Part shown: in pieces, positions 57,030 to 64,000 of the stretch | How positions within the stretch are numbered: the first letter of the stretch is position 1 | How the letters are laid out: each line of letters begins with the position of its first letter | Source of the DNA: an uncultured Candidatus Saccharibacteria bacterium | GTDB taxonomy: Bacteria > Patescibacteriota > Minisyncoccia > Phycocordibacterales > DAORIS01 | NCBI GenBank assembly: GCA_964644035.1 | Contig: CAZXUH010000001.1 | Coordinates: 131,712-195,711 of the forward strand | Direction: 5' to 3' | DNA: 64,000 bases | Notes under the pieces: model-generated | Database searches by the model: none | Told to the model about the DNA's origin: nothing | What the model saw: only the letters and a program-made list of their open reading frames with translations | Translations under genes and position numbers: made by a program

Positions 57030-57329
57030 ATGGCCGAAGTTTTACAAACAAACATTTTCTTTATCATCACTAGTGCAGCCGTCGTGATTGTCACGACACT
57101 CCTTGTTATTGCTCTCGTATATGCTATTCGCGTCATCCGTGACCTGTCGCATATATCTCAGATTGTACGCAAGGAGGGGCAGGAGATCGTAGAAGATGTC
57201 ACAAGACTTCGCAACGACATTAAGTCCCAGGCACTTGGCTGGAAAGGAACACTAATGTTTCTTCTCAAGCGATTTGCGCCAAAAAAGAAAGCAGCTAAAA
57301 AAACCAATACTCAAAATGACAAACAATAA
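57030..57329 (+). CDS. Small hypothetical membrane protein
   Basis: ORF 57009-57329. A probable start MAEVLQ gives one TM helix and a basic C-terminus. Confidence 0.35.
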   Translation: MAEVLQTNIFFIITSAAVVIVTTLLVIALVYAIRVIRDLSHISQIVRKEGQEIVEDVTRLRNDIKSQALGWKGTLMFLLKRFAPKKKAAKKTNTQNDKQ

Positions 57330-57690
57330 CAGCAAAGGAAAGTCACATGTTGGAGAGATTGTCGGCGTTGCCGCAGGAGTAGTCGTGGCAGCAGCGGCAG
57401 CAACTTATTTTCTCTATGGCAGCAAAAATGCCAAGAAGTATCGAGGCAAACTCAAGAGCTGGATGTTCAAAGCAAAGGCAGAGATTCTTGAGCGTCTTGA
57501 AAAACTCGAGCATGTGAGCGAAGGTGAATACAATACTATTGTCGACGCTGTTCTTTCTAAGTATAAGAACGTCAAAGACATGAATATGGACGATATGAAG
57601 CGATTTATGGTAGATATAAAGAAGCAATGGAAGGCCATAAAGAAACACATTGGTTCAACTAGAAAGAGCGGTGGAAAAAAGAAAAAATAA
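57316..57690 (+). CDS. Small hypothetical protein (one TM helix, lysine-rich)
   Basis: ORF 57274-57690, internal Met MTNNNSKGKS. Coiled-coil/charged; ends GGKKKK. Confidence 0.35.
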   Translation: MTNNNSKGKSHVGEIVGVAAGVVVAAAAATYFLYGSKNAKKYRGKLKSWMFKAKAEILERLEKLEHVSEGEYNTIVDAVLSKYKNVKDMNMDDMKRFMVDIKKQWKAIKKHIGSTRKSGGKKKK

Positions 57691-58540
57691 TTCAAAACCA
57701 GATAGAGATTCTACACAACATCCCGTAGCTCCAAAGCAACGGGATGTTTCGAATACGAAGAAAGCTGGCGATACATCGTGGCAGAGTGTTGCGCCATGGT
57801 ACGACCTTTTACTCGAAACAGATGCAAACTCTTTTCAGGAAAAAGTAATTTTGCCCAATCTTATGCGTCTTATGTCTCCTGCAAAAGGAGAAAAAATACT
57901 CGATATAGCCTGCGGACAGGGATTTTTCAGCAGAGCATTATCTTCTACTGGAGCACAGGTCACTGGTACAGATTTGTCCAAAGATCTTATTGAAATAGCA
58001 AAATCTCGTTCTCAAAAATCAACAGACTCAACAGCGTCTATTGAATATCATGTATTACCTGCACACGAAATGTCTTTATTGCAATCACATACATTTAATA
58101 AGGCAGTAATCGTTTTGGCTTTGCAAAATATAAAACAGGCACAGGAAACATTGACCGAAGCGGCACGGCTTTTAAAATCGGAAGGCAAACTTTGGATTGT
58201 GCTCAATCATCCAGTCTTTCGCATTCCAAAGCTCTCTTCGTGGGGATTTGATGATGTGCAGAAGAAACAATATCGAAGACTCGATGCATATATGTCCGAA
58301 GCTTCTTTTCTTATCGATATGCATCCAGGCAAAAAAGATGCACCACAGACTATTTCTTTCCATCGACCCCTACAATGGTACTTTAAAGCCTTTCAAAAGG
58401 CTGGTTTTAGCACGATAAAGCTCGAAGAGTGGATTTCACACCGAGAGAGTCAAAAAGGCCCTAGAAAGGCCGAGGAAGACCGTCTACGCAGCGAAATACC
58501 TATGTTTATGTGTGTAGAGCTTCGGAGGCTCCTCCCCTAA
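57650..58540 (+). CDS. Class I SAM-dependent methyltransferase
   Basis: 296 aa. Motif I ILDIACGQGFFSRAL, motif II, motif III. The N-terminal ~40 aa overlap the previous ORF, so the start is uncertain. Confidence 0.65.
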   Translation: MVQLERAVEKRKNNSKPDRDSTQHPVAPKQRDVSNTKKAGDTSWQSVAPWYDLLLETDANSFQEKVILPNLMRLMSPAKGEKILDIACGQGFFSRALSSTGAQVTGTDLSKDLIEIAKSRSQKSTDSTASIEYHVLPAHEMSLLQSHTFNKAVIVLALQNIKQAQETLTEAARLLKSEGKLWIVLNHPVFRIPKLSSWGFDDVQKKQYRRLDAYMSEASFLIDMHPGKKDAPQTISFHRPLQWYFKAFQKAGFSTIKLEEWISHRESQKGPRKAEEDRLRSEIPMFMCVELRRLLP

Positions 58541-58567
58541 CCCCTCCTCTAAAGAGGAGGGGAATAT

Positions 58568-59740
58568 CTATAGTGTGTCGTTGATTCTTCGGGCAAAGAA
58601 AATACCTGATATACAGAGTGCGCCTATAATAGGGAAAATAAACTTTAAATCTACGAAGAACAGTAGCCCGCTAATGACAAGTGGTATAAACATGTATGAA
58701 AAACTATTGACCGATCTCCACAGTGAGAGAAGTCCTGTATCTTCATTTTCAATTTTCTTAAAGAAATAACTCTCAGCCATAATCTCAACAAAACTTGCTC
58801 CGACTCGAGTCATAAAGAGTATTGCCGCCCAGACGATAAGAGCTTTTGAGTTGATAAAGGGAAGGACGGCTGTAGAAGCAGCCATAATAACCATACCGAC
58901 AATAAGTAATTCTTTTTCACCAATCAATGTATCTGAAATCTTGCCTAGCGGAAGCTCGAATATTACAAATGGCATGAGCATAACCGTAAATATCAATCCT
59001 ATATCCTGCAAGTTGAAACCAATGACATCGTGCAAATAGATGGGCATATAAATGACCATGGCAGCATAAAACATTTGGAGAATAAAATTGATAATGACAA
59101 TCAGTTTTATATCAGGGTTATGATAGGTAGCTTTGATCGAAGAAAAGATATTGAGATCTTTGTATTCTGAATCGACAAAATTTTGTATTTTGGAAATGAA
59201 ATATATAAGAGGGAGAATGATAATAGCAGAAATAACATAGACACTATTGAAGCTTGTTTTCTCTAATATCAAACCACTGATAAGCGGAGTAATAACAAAA
59301 CAAATATTGATAAGTGAAAGATACGTACCTCGAGCCTTGCCCGATTCTTCATGCTTAGAAAATCTTTGAATAAAAATATCAAAGTTCAAAAACAAGACAG
59401 GGATAATGGCATGGTGTACTATAAACGCACAGATAATAACTGGTAGTGACTGCGAGAAAGCAATAAGAAACAGACAGGCGATCTCTCCAACCGTCATCAT
59501 AAGCATCAGTGTCTTATTGCCTACACTTCTCAATATATGTGGTGCTCTTGAGAGGAAGACGATGCTCAGAGCTGAACCAGCCACATAGAGTAATCCAACA
59601 ATGTTTTTTCCATAACGACCAATAGCGTTTTCAAGAAAAGACGAGTTGATATAGACTACTAAGACATAGTGAAAAGCAAAGAAGAGTGTGGCGAGATAGA
59701 CACGATACAGATTCTTTTTGCCAGACAGGATAGGTTCCAT
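58568..59740 (-). CDS. MFS-type transporter
   Basis: 390 aa, about 12 TM helices, MFS-like duplication. Confidence 0.7.
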   Translation of the reverse strand: MEPILSGKKNLYRVYLATLFFAFHYVLVVYINSSFLENAIGRYGKNIVGLLYVAGSALSIVFLSRAPHILRSVGNKTLMLMMTVGEIACLFLIAFSQSLPVIICAFIVHHAIIPVLFLNFDIFIQRFSKHEESGKARGTYLSLINICFVITPLISGLILEKTSFNSVYVISAIIILPLIYFISKIQNFVDSEYKDLNIFSSIKATYHNPDIKLIVIINFILQMFYAAMVIYMPIYLHDVIGFNLQDIGLIFTVMLMPFVIFELPLGKISDTLIGEKELLIVGMVIMAASTAVLPFINSKALIVWAAILFMTRVGASFVEIMAESYFFKKIENEDTGLLSLWRSVNSFSYMFIPLVISGLLFFVDLKFIFPIIGALCISGIFFARRINDTL

Positions 59741-59779
59741 GTCTTCTGATTATAATACAAAAAGAGTATTTATACGCAG

Positions 59780-61678
59780 CTATACTCCCAAGATAACAGG
59801 AATGATGATTGGCCGCTTTGCAGTCTGTTGGAAGAGATATTTGCTGATCTGATCAGTAACAATTTCCTTGAGATATTCGAAATTGATCGGATGCATACCT
59901 TGAACAGCATCTTCGATTGTCTTTTTGATGATATAGCGTGTTTGATGGAGAAGATCTTGAGATTCTCTGAGATAGACGAATCCACGAGAAATGATATCTG
60001 GACTCTTCTTGAGTTTGCCTGTGGCCGTGTTGATATTGGCAATAATGACGAACATACCGTCTTCAGCGAGCAATTGGCGGTCTCGTATGACGACTTCTTG
60101 CATATCACCGATAGCGAAGCCATCAACCATCATAGGACCTCCTGGAGCCTTTTCCTTGAGTGTTACGAGCTTTGTACCACCTTCTTGTATTTCAACAATA
60201 GTACCTGTGTCTGGAACGATAATCTGTTCCTGTGACATACCAAGTGACTCTGCGAGTTCAGCATGAAGTTTGAGCTGATAGTGGTTGCCATGAATAGGCA
60301 TGAAGAAACGAGGTTTGATCTTCTTGTGTAGCCATTCGATTTCGCCGCGATTGCCGTGACCAGTCGAGTGAATAAATACTTCTGATGTACGGTAGTGAAT
60401 AATACGTGCACCTTGGCGGGCAATATTGTCCTTGAGTTTTTGAACAGTCTTTTCATTGCCTGGAATAATAGAAGATGAAAGAAGAACCGTATCTCGTGGA
60501 CCGATCTTTATATATTTGTGATTCTTTGTGGCCATGCGCATGAGAGCGGCAAATTCTTCACCCTGAGCACCAGTTGAAAGAATAATAACGCGATCAGGAG
60601 GGTAATGATCGATATCCTGAGCCTGAATGATGGTATCTTTCTTTACCTCAAGCATATTGGCAGCAAGGGCAATTTCTATATTTACCTTCATACTTCTGCC
60701 TTCGACGACGATTTTCTTGCCGTGACGTTCTGCGATTTCAATAATCTTTATAAGACGCTGCAACTGTGAAGCAAAGGTGCCAATCACAAGACGTCCTTTG
60801 ATTTTACTGATGATTTCTTCGAGACCTTTGTGCACTTCGCGTTCTGGAGTAGAGAAGCCAGGGTTTTCTACGTTGGTCGAGTCGGACATGAGGAAAAGAA
60901 CCTTTTCTGTATCGAAGACTTTGTATTCTTTTTCTTCAGCATCGCTCGGCTTGCCGTCGGTATGATCGAGCTTGTAGTCACCAGGTGTTACCACTGCACC
61001 ATAGGGAGTATCGATAATGATACCCATTGAGTCGGGGATAGTGTGGGTGACTCCGAAAAATCGCACAGGCAAGTTGCCGAGTAAGAGTCTTTCGTCTCTT
61101 TCAATAGAATGTATTGTGAGCGGTTTGAGATGAGGAAATTCTTCCTGACGCTTCTTGATCATGATCGAAGTCAGGTTTCGAGTATAGATCGGTGGATTGC
61201 CGATACGAGGCATGATGTAAGGAATACCTCCAATGTGGTCGAGGTGACCGTGAGTGACGATTACACCTCTAATCTTGTCCTGATGTTCTTCGAGGTAGCG
61301 GATGTTGGGGAGAATATAGTCGATACCGGGAGTATCGTCTTCTTGGAATTGAAAGCCAGCGTCGATAACGATGATGTCGTTTTTATACTCAACCATGGTC
61401 ATATTGCGACCGATTTCTTCTACACCACCAAGAGGGATGATGCGGATATTTTCGCCTGCAGGAGGAATAGGCGGATTCTTCTGATCCGAATTGCTATTGT
61501 GAAAATTCTGCTGAGAAGGAGAGTTCCTTCGAGTGTGCATACCTGGGCGCTGCCTAAATGAATCTCGGCGCATATTGCTACCTCGTCGCATACCGCCCGT
61601 GCCTCCGCCTGTTCTGCCATTACCACCTCTCATTGGAGGACGTCTCGATGGTGAGGGTGATGGTGTTCTTTCGTTCAT
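59780..61678 (-). CDS. rnj: Ribonuclease J (metallo-beta-lactamase/beta-CASP) with Arg/Gly-rich N-terminal extension
   Basis: 632 aa. HGHLDHIGG motif, beta-CASP region and C-terminal domain. About 75-aa N-terminal tail RRPPMRGGNGRTGGGTGGMRRGSNMRRDSFRQRPGMHTRR. Confidence 0.85.
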   Translation of the reverse strand: MNERTPSPSPSRRPPMRGGNGRTGGGTGGMRRGSNMRRDSFRQRPGMHTRRNSPSQQNFHNSNSDQKNPPIPPAGENIRIIPLGGVEEIGRNMTMVEYKNDIIVIDAGFQFQEDDTPGIDYILPNIRYLEEHQDKIRGVIVTHGHLDHIGGIPYIMPRIGNPPIYTRNLTSIMIKKRQEEFPHLKPLTIHSIERDERLLLGNLPVRFFGVTHTIPDSMGIIIDTPYGAVVTPGDYKLDHTDGKPSDAEEKEYKVFDTEKVLFLMSDSTNVENPGFSTPEREVHKGLEEIISKIKGRLVIGTFASQLQRLIKIIEIAERHGKKIVVEGRSMKVNIEIALAANMLEVKKDTIIQAQDIDHYPPDRVIILSTGAQGEEFAALMRMATKNHKYIKIGPRDTVLLSSSIIPGNEKTVQKLKDNIARQGARIIHYRTSEVFIHSTGHGNRGEIEWLHKKIKPRFFMPIHGNHYQLKLHAELAESLGMSQEQIIVPDTGTIVEIQEGGTKLVTLKEKAPGGPMMVDGFAIGDMQEVVIRDRQLLAEDGMFVIIANINTATGKLKKSPDIISRGFVYLRESQDLLHQTRYIIKKTIEDAVQGMHPINFEYLKEIVTDQISKYLFQQTAKRPIIIPVILGV

Positions 61679-61696
61679 AGTGTTTTGTTTTACTGA

Positions 61697-63394
61697 TTAT
61701 TGATTTAAATGTTTCTTTGCAAATATAGGCCAGACGAGTTCCGTTCCTGTATACCACTTTTGACTATTCATAAATCTTTCCGATGCATCGATAAGTGGTC
61801 CTTGATAATATCCCGACAGATTGGCGGGTACTACATGCACATAGACTGGCGAATAGAGCATTACGGCTGGCATGTCTTTTACAAATTCTTGATTGAGAGC
61901 TTTGAATATAGAACTATTGTCAGTCGATGTACTGTTTTTCAAATCATTGAGCAAAGAGTCTACCTTAAGGTTGAGATACATGGCAACATTCAGGCCAGGA
62001 TCTTTTCTCTGTGAAGAATTCCAAAATGCATTGTAATCGCTTTCTTGTGTAATCACTTCACCAAAAAGAAGTGCTTCGTATTTTCTTTCTCGGATAACTG
62101 TTTGATTGAGCTCTCCTGATTCATAAATATTGACAGTTACTTTGAAACCAAGCTCCTGCCATGTGGTTTTAAGAATTTCAGCCGTATCCTTGAGATCTTC
62201 GGCATTTGAAGTTTCGATAGAGAAGGCAAGTTCTTGAGTGCCTTTAACTCGTACTCCATTAGCATTCATCTTCCAACCATCTTTTTCCAAAAGAGCGGCA
62301 GCACTTTCATTGGTAAGTAGTGTGCTTGTAGCGATGTCACCAGCTATAAAAGGTGATTGGACAGGCAATGCAAAACCTTTGAAGACATTATCGATAATTT
62401 CCTGACGTGGTGCGGTACCAAAAAGTACTTTTCTGACTACTGTATTGGCAAGAACAGGATTTTCGTCTTGATTGAAAAAGAGTCCGAAGGTACGAGGTAG
62501 GGAATGTGTCTCAACTCTGTATCCATCATCAGCCAAATCGGCTGCATCCTGAGGAAGCATGCCACCGAGACTGCTTATTTCACCATTGCGAAGTGCGGTC
62601 AAAGCATCAGCATCGTTTTGATAGACTTTGAAATGTATTTTTTTAATTAAAGGCTTGCCGTTGACGTATTTTCCAAACGGTACGAGCGTGTATGCAAGGG
62701 GAAGACCACCTTTGCCACGATTGACGCTGCTAATCATATATGGGCCGGCACCGACAGGTTCGCTGTTGTATTCAATCACCATAAACTCTTCAGGTGTAAC
62801 TGCGCTCCAAAGATGTTCAGGAAGAATACCGACGGTCATATCAGCAAGAAAAACGTTTGATGGTTTGGGCAACGTAAATACAATTGTTTTTACATCGGGT
62901 GTATCTACATGGACTTGATCAAAATGTGCTCGCTTAGGACTCTTGAACTGAGGATTTTGTATTGTTCGGACTGTAAAAGCTATATCAGCTGATGTAAGAG
63001 GCTCACCGTCGTGGAAAAACAAATCGTCTTTGAGCGTGAAAGTATAGGTAAGACCATCAGCTGAGACGGTATAGTCTTGACCTAGTTCATTGATATACTC
63101 AGAACCTGATTTTCTAAGCAAACCGGCATAGACAAAGGAACCAATGTCCTTTCCAGCATCGTTTTGGGCTAAGACAGGGTTGATAAGGCGAGGTGTACCG
63201 ATAAGACCCTCTGAAATAGAGCCTTCATTGGCTGGTACTTCGACTAGAAAATGGTCATTTACTCTTTTAAGTAGGGTAAAAGCGCTTACAATCATAAAGA
63301 TTGCAAAGACTGCGAAGACTGTTTTAGTGGTCGTAGATAACGAACCAAGTGTTTGTGCGATCGGCGTTTTAATCCGACCGGGAAGTACGTTCAT
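61697..63394 (-). CDS. ABC transporter substrate-binding protein, family 5 (OppA/DppA-like)
   Basis: 565 aa. N-terminal TM/signal anchor and the SBP_bac_5 pattern (YTFTLKDDLFFHDGEPLTSADIAFT). Confidence 0.8.
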   Translation of the reverse strand: MNVLPGRIKTPIAQTLGSLSTTTKTVFAVFAIFMIVSAFTLLKRVNDHFLVEVPANEGSISEGLIGTPRLINPVLAQNDAGKDIGSFVYAGLLRKSGSEYINELGQDYTVSADGLTYTFTLKDDLFFHDGEPLTSADIAFTVRTIQNPQFKSPKRAHFDQVHVDTPDVKTIVFTLPKPSNVFLADMTVGILPEHLWSAVTPEEFMVIEYNSEPVGAGPYMISSVNRGKGGLPLAYTLVPFGKYVNGKPLIKKIHFKVYQNDADALTALRNGEISSLGGMLPQDAADLADDGYRVETHSLPRTFGLFFNQDENPVLANTVVRKVLFGTAPRQEIIDNVFKGFALPVQSPFIAGDIATSTLLTNESAAALLEKDGWKMNANGVRVKGTQELAFSIETSNAEDLKDTAEILKTTWQELGFKVTVNIYESGELNQTVIRERKYEALLFGEVITQESDYNAFWNSSQRKDPGLNVAMYLNLKVDSLLNDLKNSTSTDNSSIFKALNQEFVKDMPAVMLYSPVYVHVVPANLSGYYQGPLIDASERFMNSQKWYTGTELVWPIFAKKHLNQ

Positions 63395-63400
63395 ATATTG

Positions 63401-63631
63401 CTATTTGAGAAGTGCCAAGAGACATGTAGTCACGAACAAGACACTCACGATGATGGTGATGTTAAAAATTGTCTTTTCAATACCTCGTCGAGCAAATCGA
63501 GTACCTCCATTGCCGTCGGCTCCAAAGGCGGAACCAAGGTCTGCGTCCGATCTCTGTACGAGAACTAGGATCACAAGGAGAGTCGATAGGCCGATCTGAA
63601 TATACGGTAACGCAGAAAAAATACTGCTCAT
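63401..63631 (-). CDS. secG: Preprotein translocase subunit SecG
   Basis: ORF to 63676. The internal Met [43 protein letters not shown]...[20 protein letters not shown] fits the SecG two-TM pattern. Confidence 0.65.
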   Translation of the reverse strand: MSSIFSALPYIQIGLSTLLVILVLVQRSDADLGSAFGADGNGGTRFARRGIEKTIFNITIIVSVLFVTTCLLALLK

Positions 63632-63747
63632 GGGTGATAGCTTATCATATCGGCAATCAAAAGCAAACTTCCACAAAGACTCCTATTTTACCTAAGAATG
63701 AGCGCTATAAGGACAAAATGAGCGATTTGTGGTACAATAGACGGTCA

Positions 63748-64000
63748 ATGTCATCTCAAAAAGAATTCACCAGCGAATACGGCTCTGACCCGCAAAAGAT
63801 TGTCGTCAAAGGAGCTCGCACTCACAACCTCAAAAACGTGACGGTTGAAATGCCGCGCAATAAAATGATCGTTTTTACTGGGCTTTCGGGTTCAGGTAAG
63901 TCATCGTTGGCTTTTGATACTATCTTTGCCGAAGGTCAGCGTCGATATGTCGAATCTCTTTCTTCATATGCCCGACAATTCTTGAGACAAATGCAAAAGC
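63748..64000 (+). CDS. uvrA: Excinuclease ABC subunit A, N-terminal fragment (continues beyond the window)
   Basis: [79 protein letters not shown]: canonical UvrA N-terminus and first Walker A. Confidence 0.85.
   Translation, partial: MSSQKEFTSEYGSDPQKIVVKGARTHNLKNVTVEMPRNKMIVFTGLSGSGKSSLAFDTIFAEGQRRYVESLSSYARQFLRQMQK

Noticed and set aside
59828-61561. Plus-strand ORFs (135, 91, 150 aa) opposite the RNase J gene
   Set aside because: They are antisense to a strongly supported conserved gene; no motifs.
1-64000. CRISPR array, IS elements, integrase/transposase genes, rRNA
   Set aside because: No regularly spaced direct repeats with spacers were seen. No transposase/integrase-like ORFs or terminal inverted repeats, and no rRNA-like conserved segments. 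Repeats seen are intragenic protein-coding repeats.

Overview
This window looks like a low-GC (~40%) bacterial chromosome segment read with the standard genetic code. It has small-genome hallmarks: a short dnaX (345 aa), a 52-aa rpmG, FemAB/GtrA genes, several PspC proteins and few Shine-Dalgarno sites. That is compatible with a CPR/Patescibacteria-like or low-GC Gram-positive-like lineage, but the lineage cannot be proven from the sequence alone.

Housekeeping content:
- Cysteine desulfurase, clpB, and a GtrA/DegT/FemAB/alr/MurF-like envelope cluster.
- rpmG, miaA, parB, topA, dprA, serS, an FtsQ-like gene, a dus-type gene, dnaX, tatC/tatA, cdaA, an ECF sigma factor, RNase J, an OppA-like substrate-binding protein, secG, and the start of uvrA.
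- Four tRNAs: Tyr, Trp, Leu and Gln.
- A GC-rich structured ncRNA between the dus gene and dnaX, with its own promoter and terminator.

The most unusual content is a ~16 kb surface-structure island at 29.7-46.1 kb:
- An operon of three paralogous TasA/camelysin-like proteins with SipW-cognate signal peptides. Each carries a different C-terminal domain, one a right-handed beta-helix.
- A SipW-type signal peptidase fused in frame to a fourth SipW-substrate-like protein.
- A convergent operon of two cohesin-like proteins and a dockerin-bearing 772-aa repeat protein.
- A cluster of a Tat-signal-like membrane protein, an 887-aa Thr/Gly-rich triple-repeat protein and a Ser/Thr-rich protein, immediately upstream of tatCA.

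A tRNA-Gln-flanked accessory stretch (24.0-29.7 kb) holds small hypothetical, Abi/HEPN-like and GC-shifted genes. All coordinates derived by hand (tRNAs, terminators, adjusted starts) may be off by 1-2 nt.
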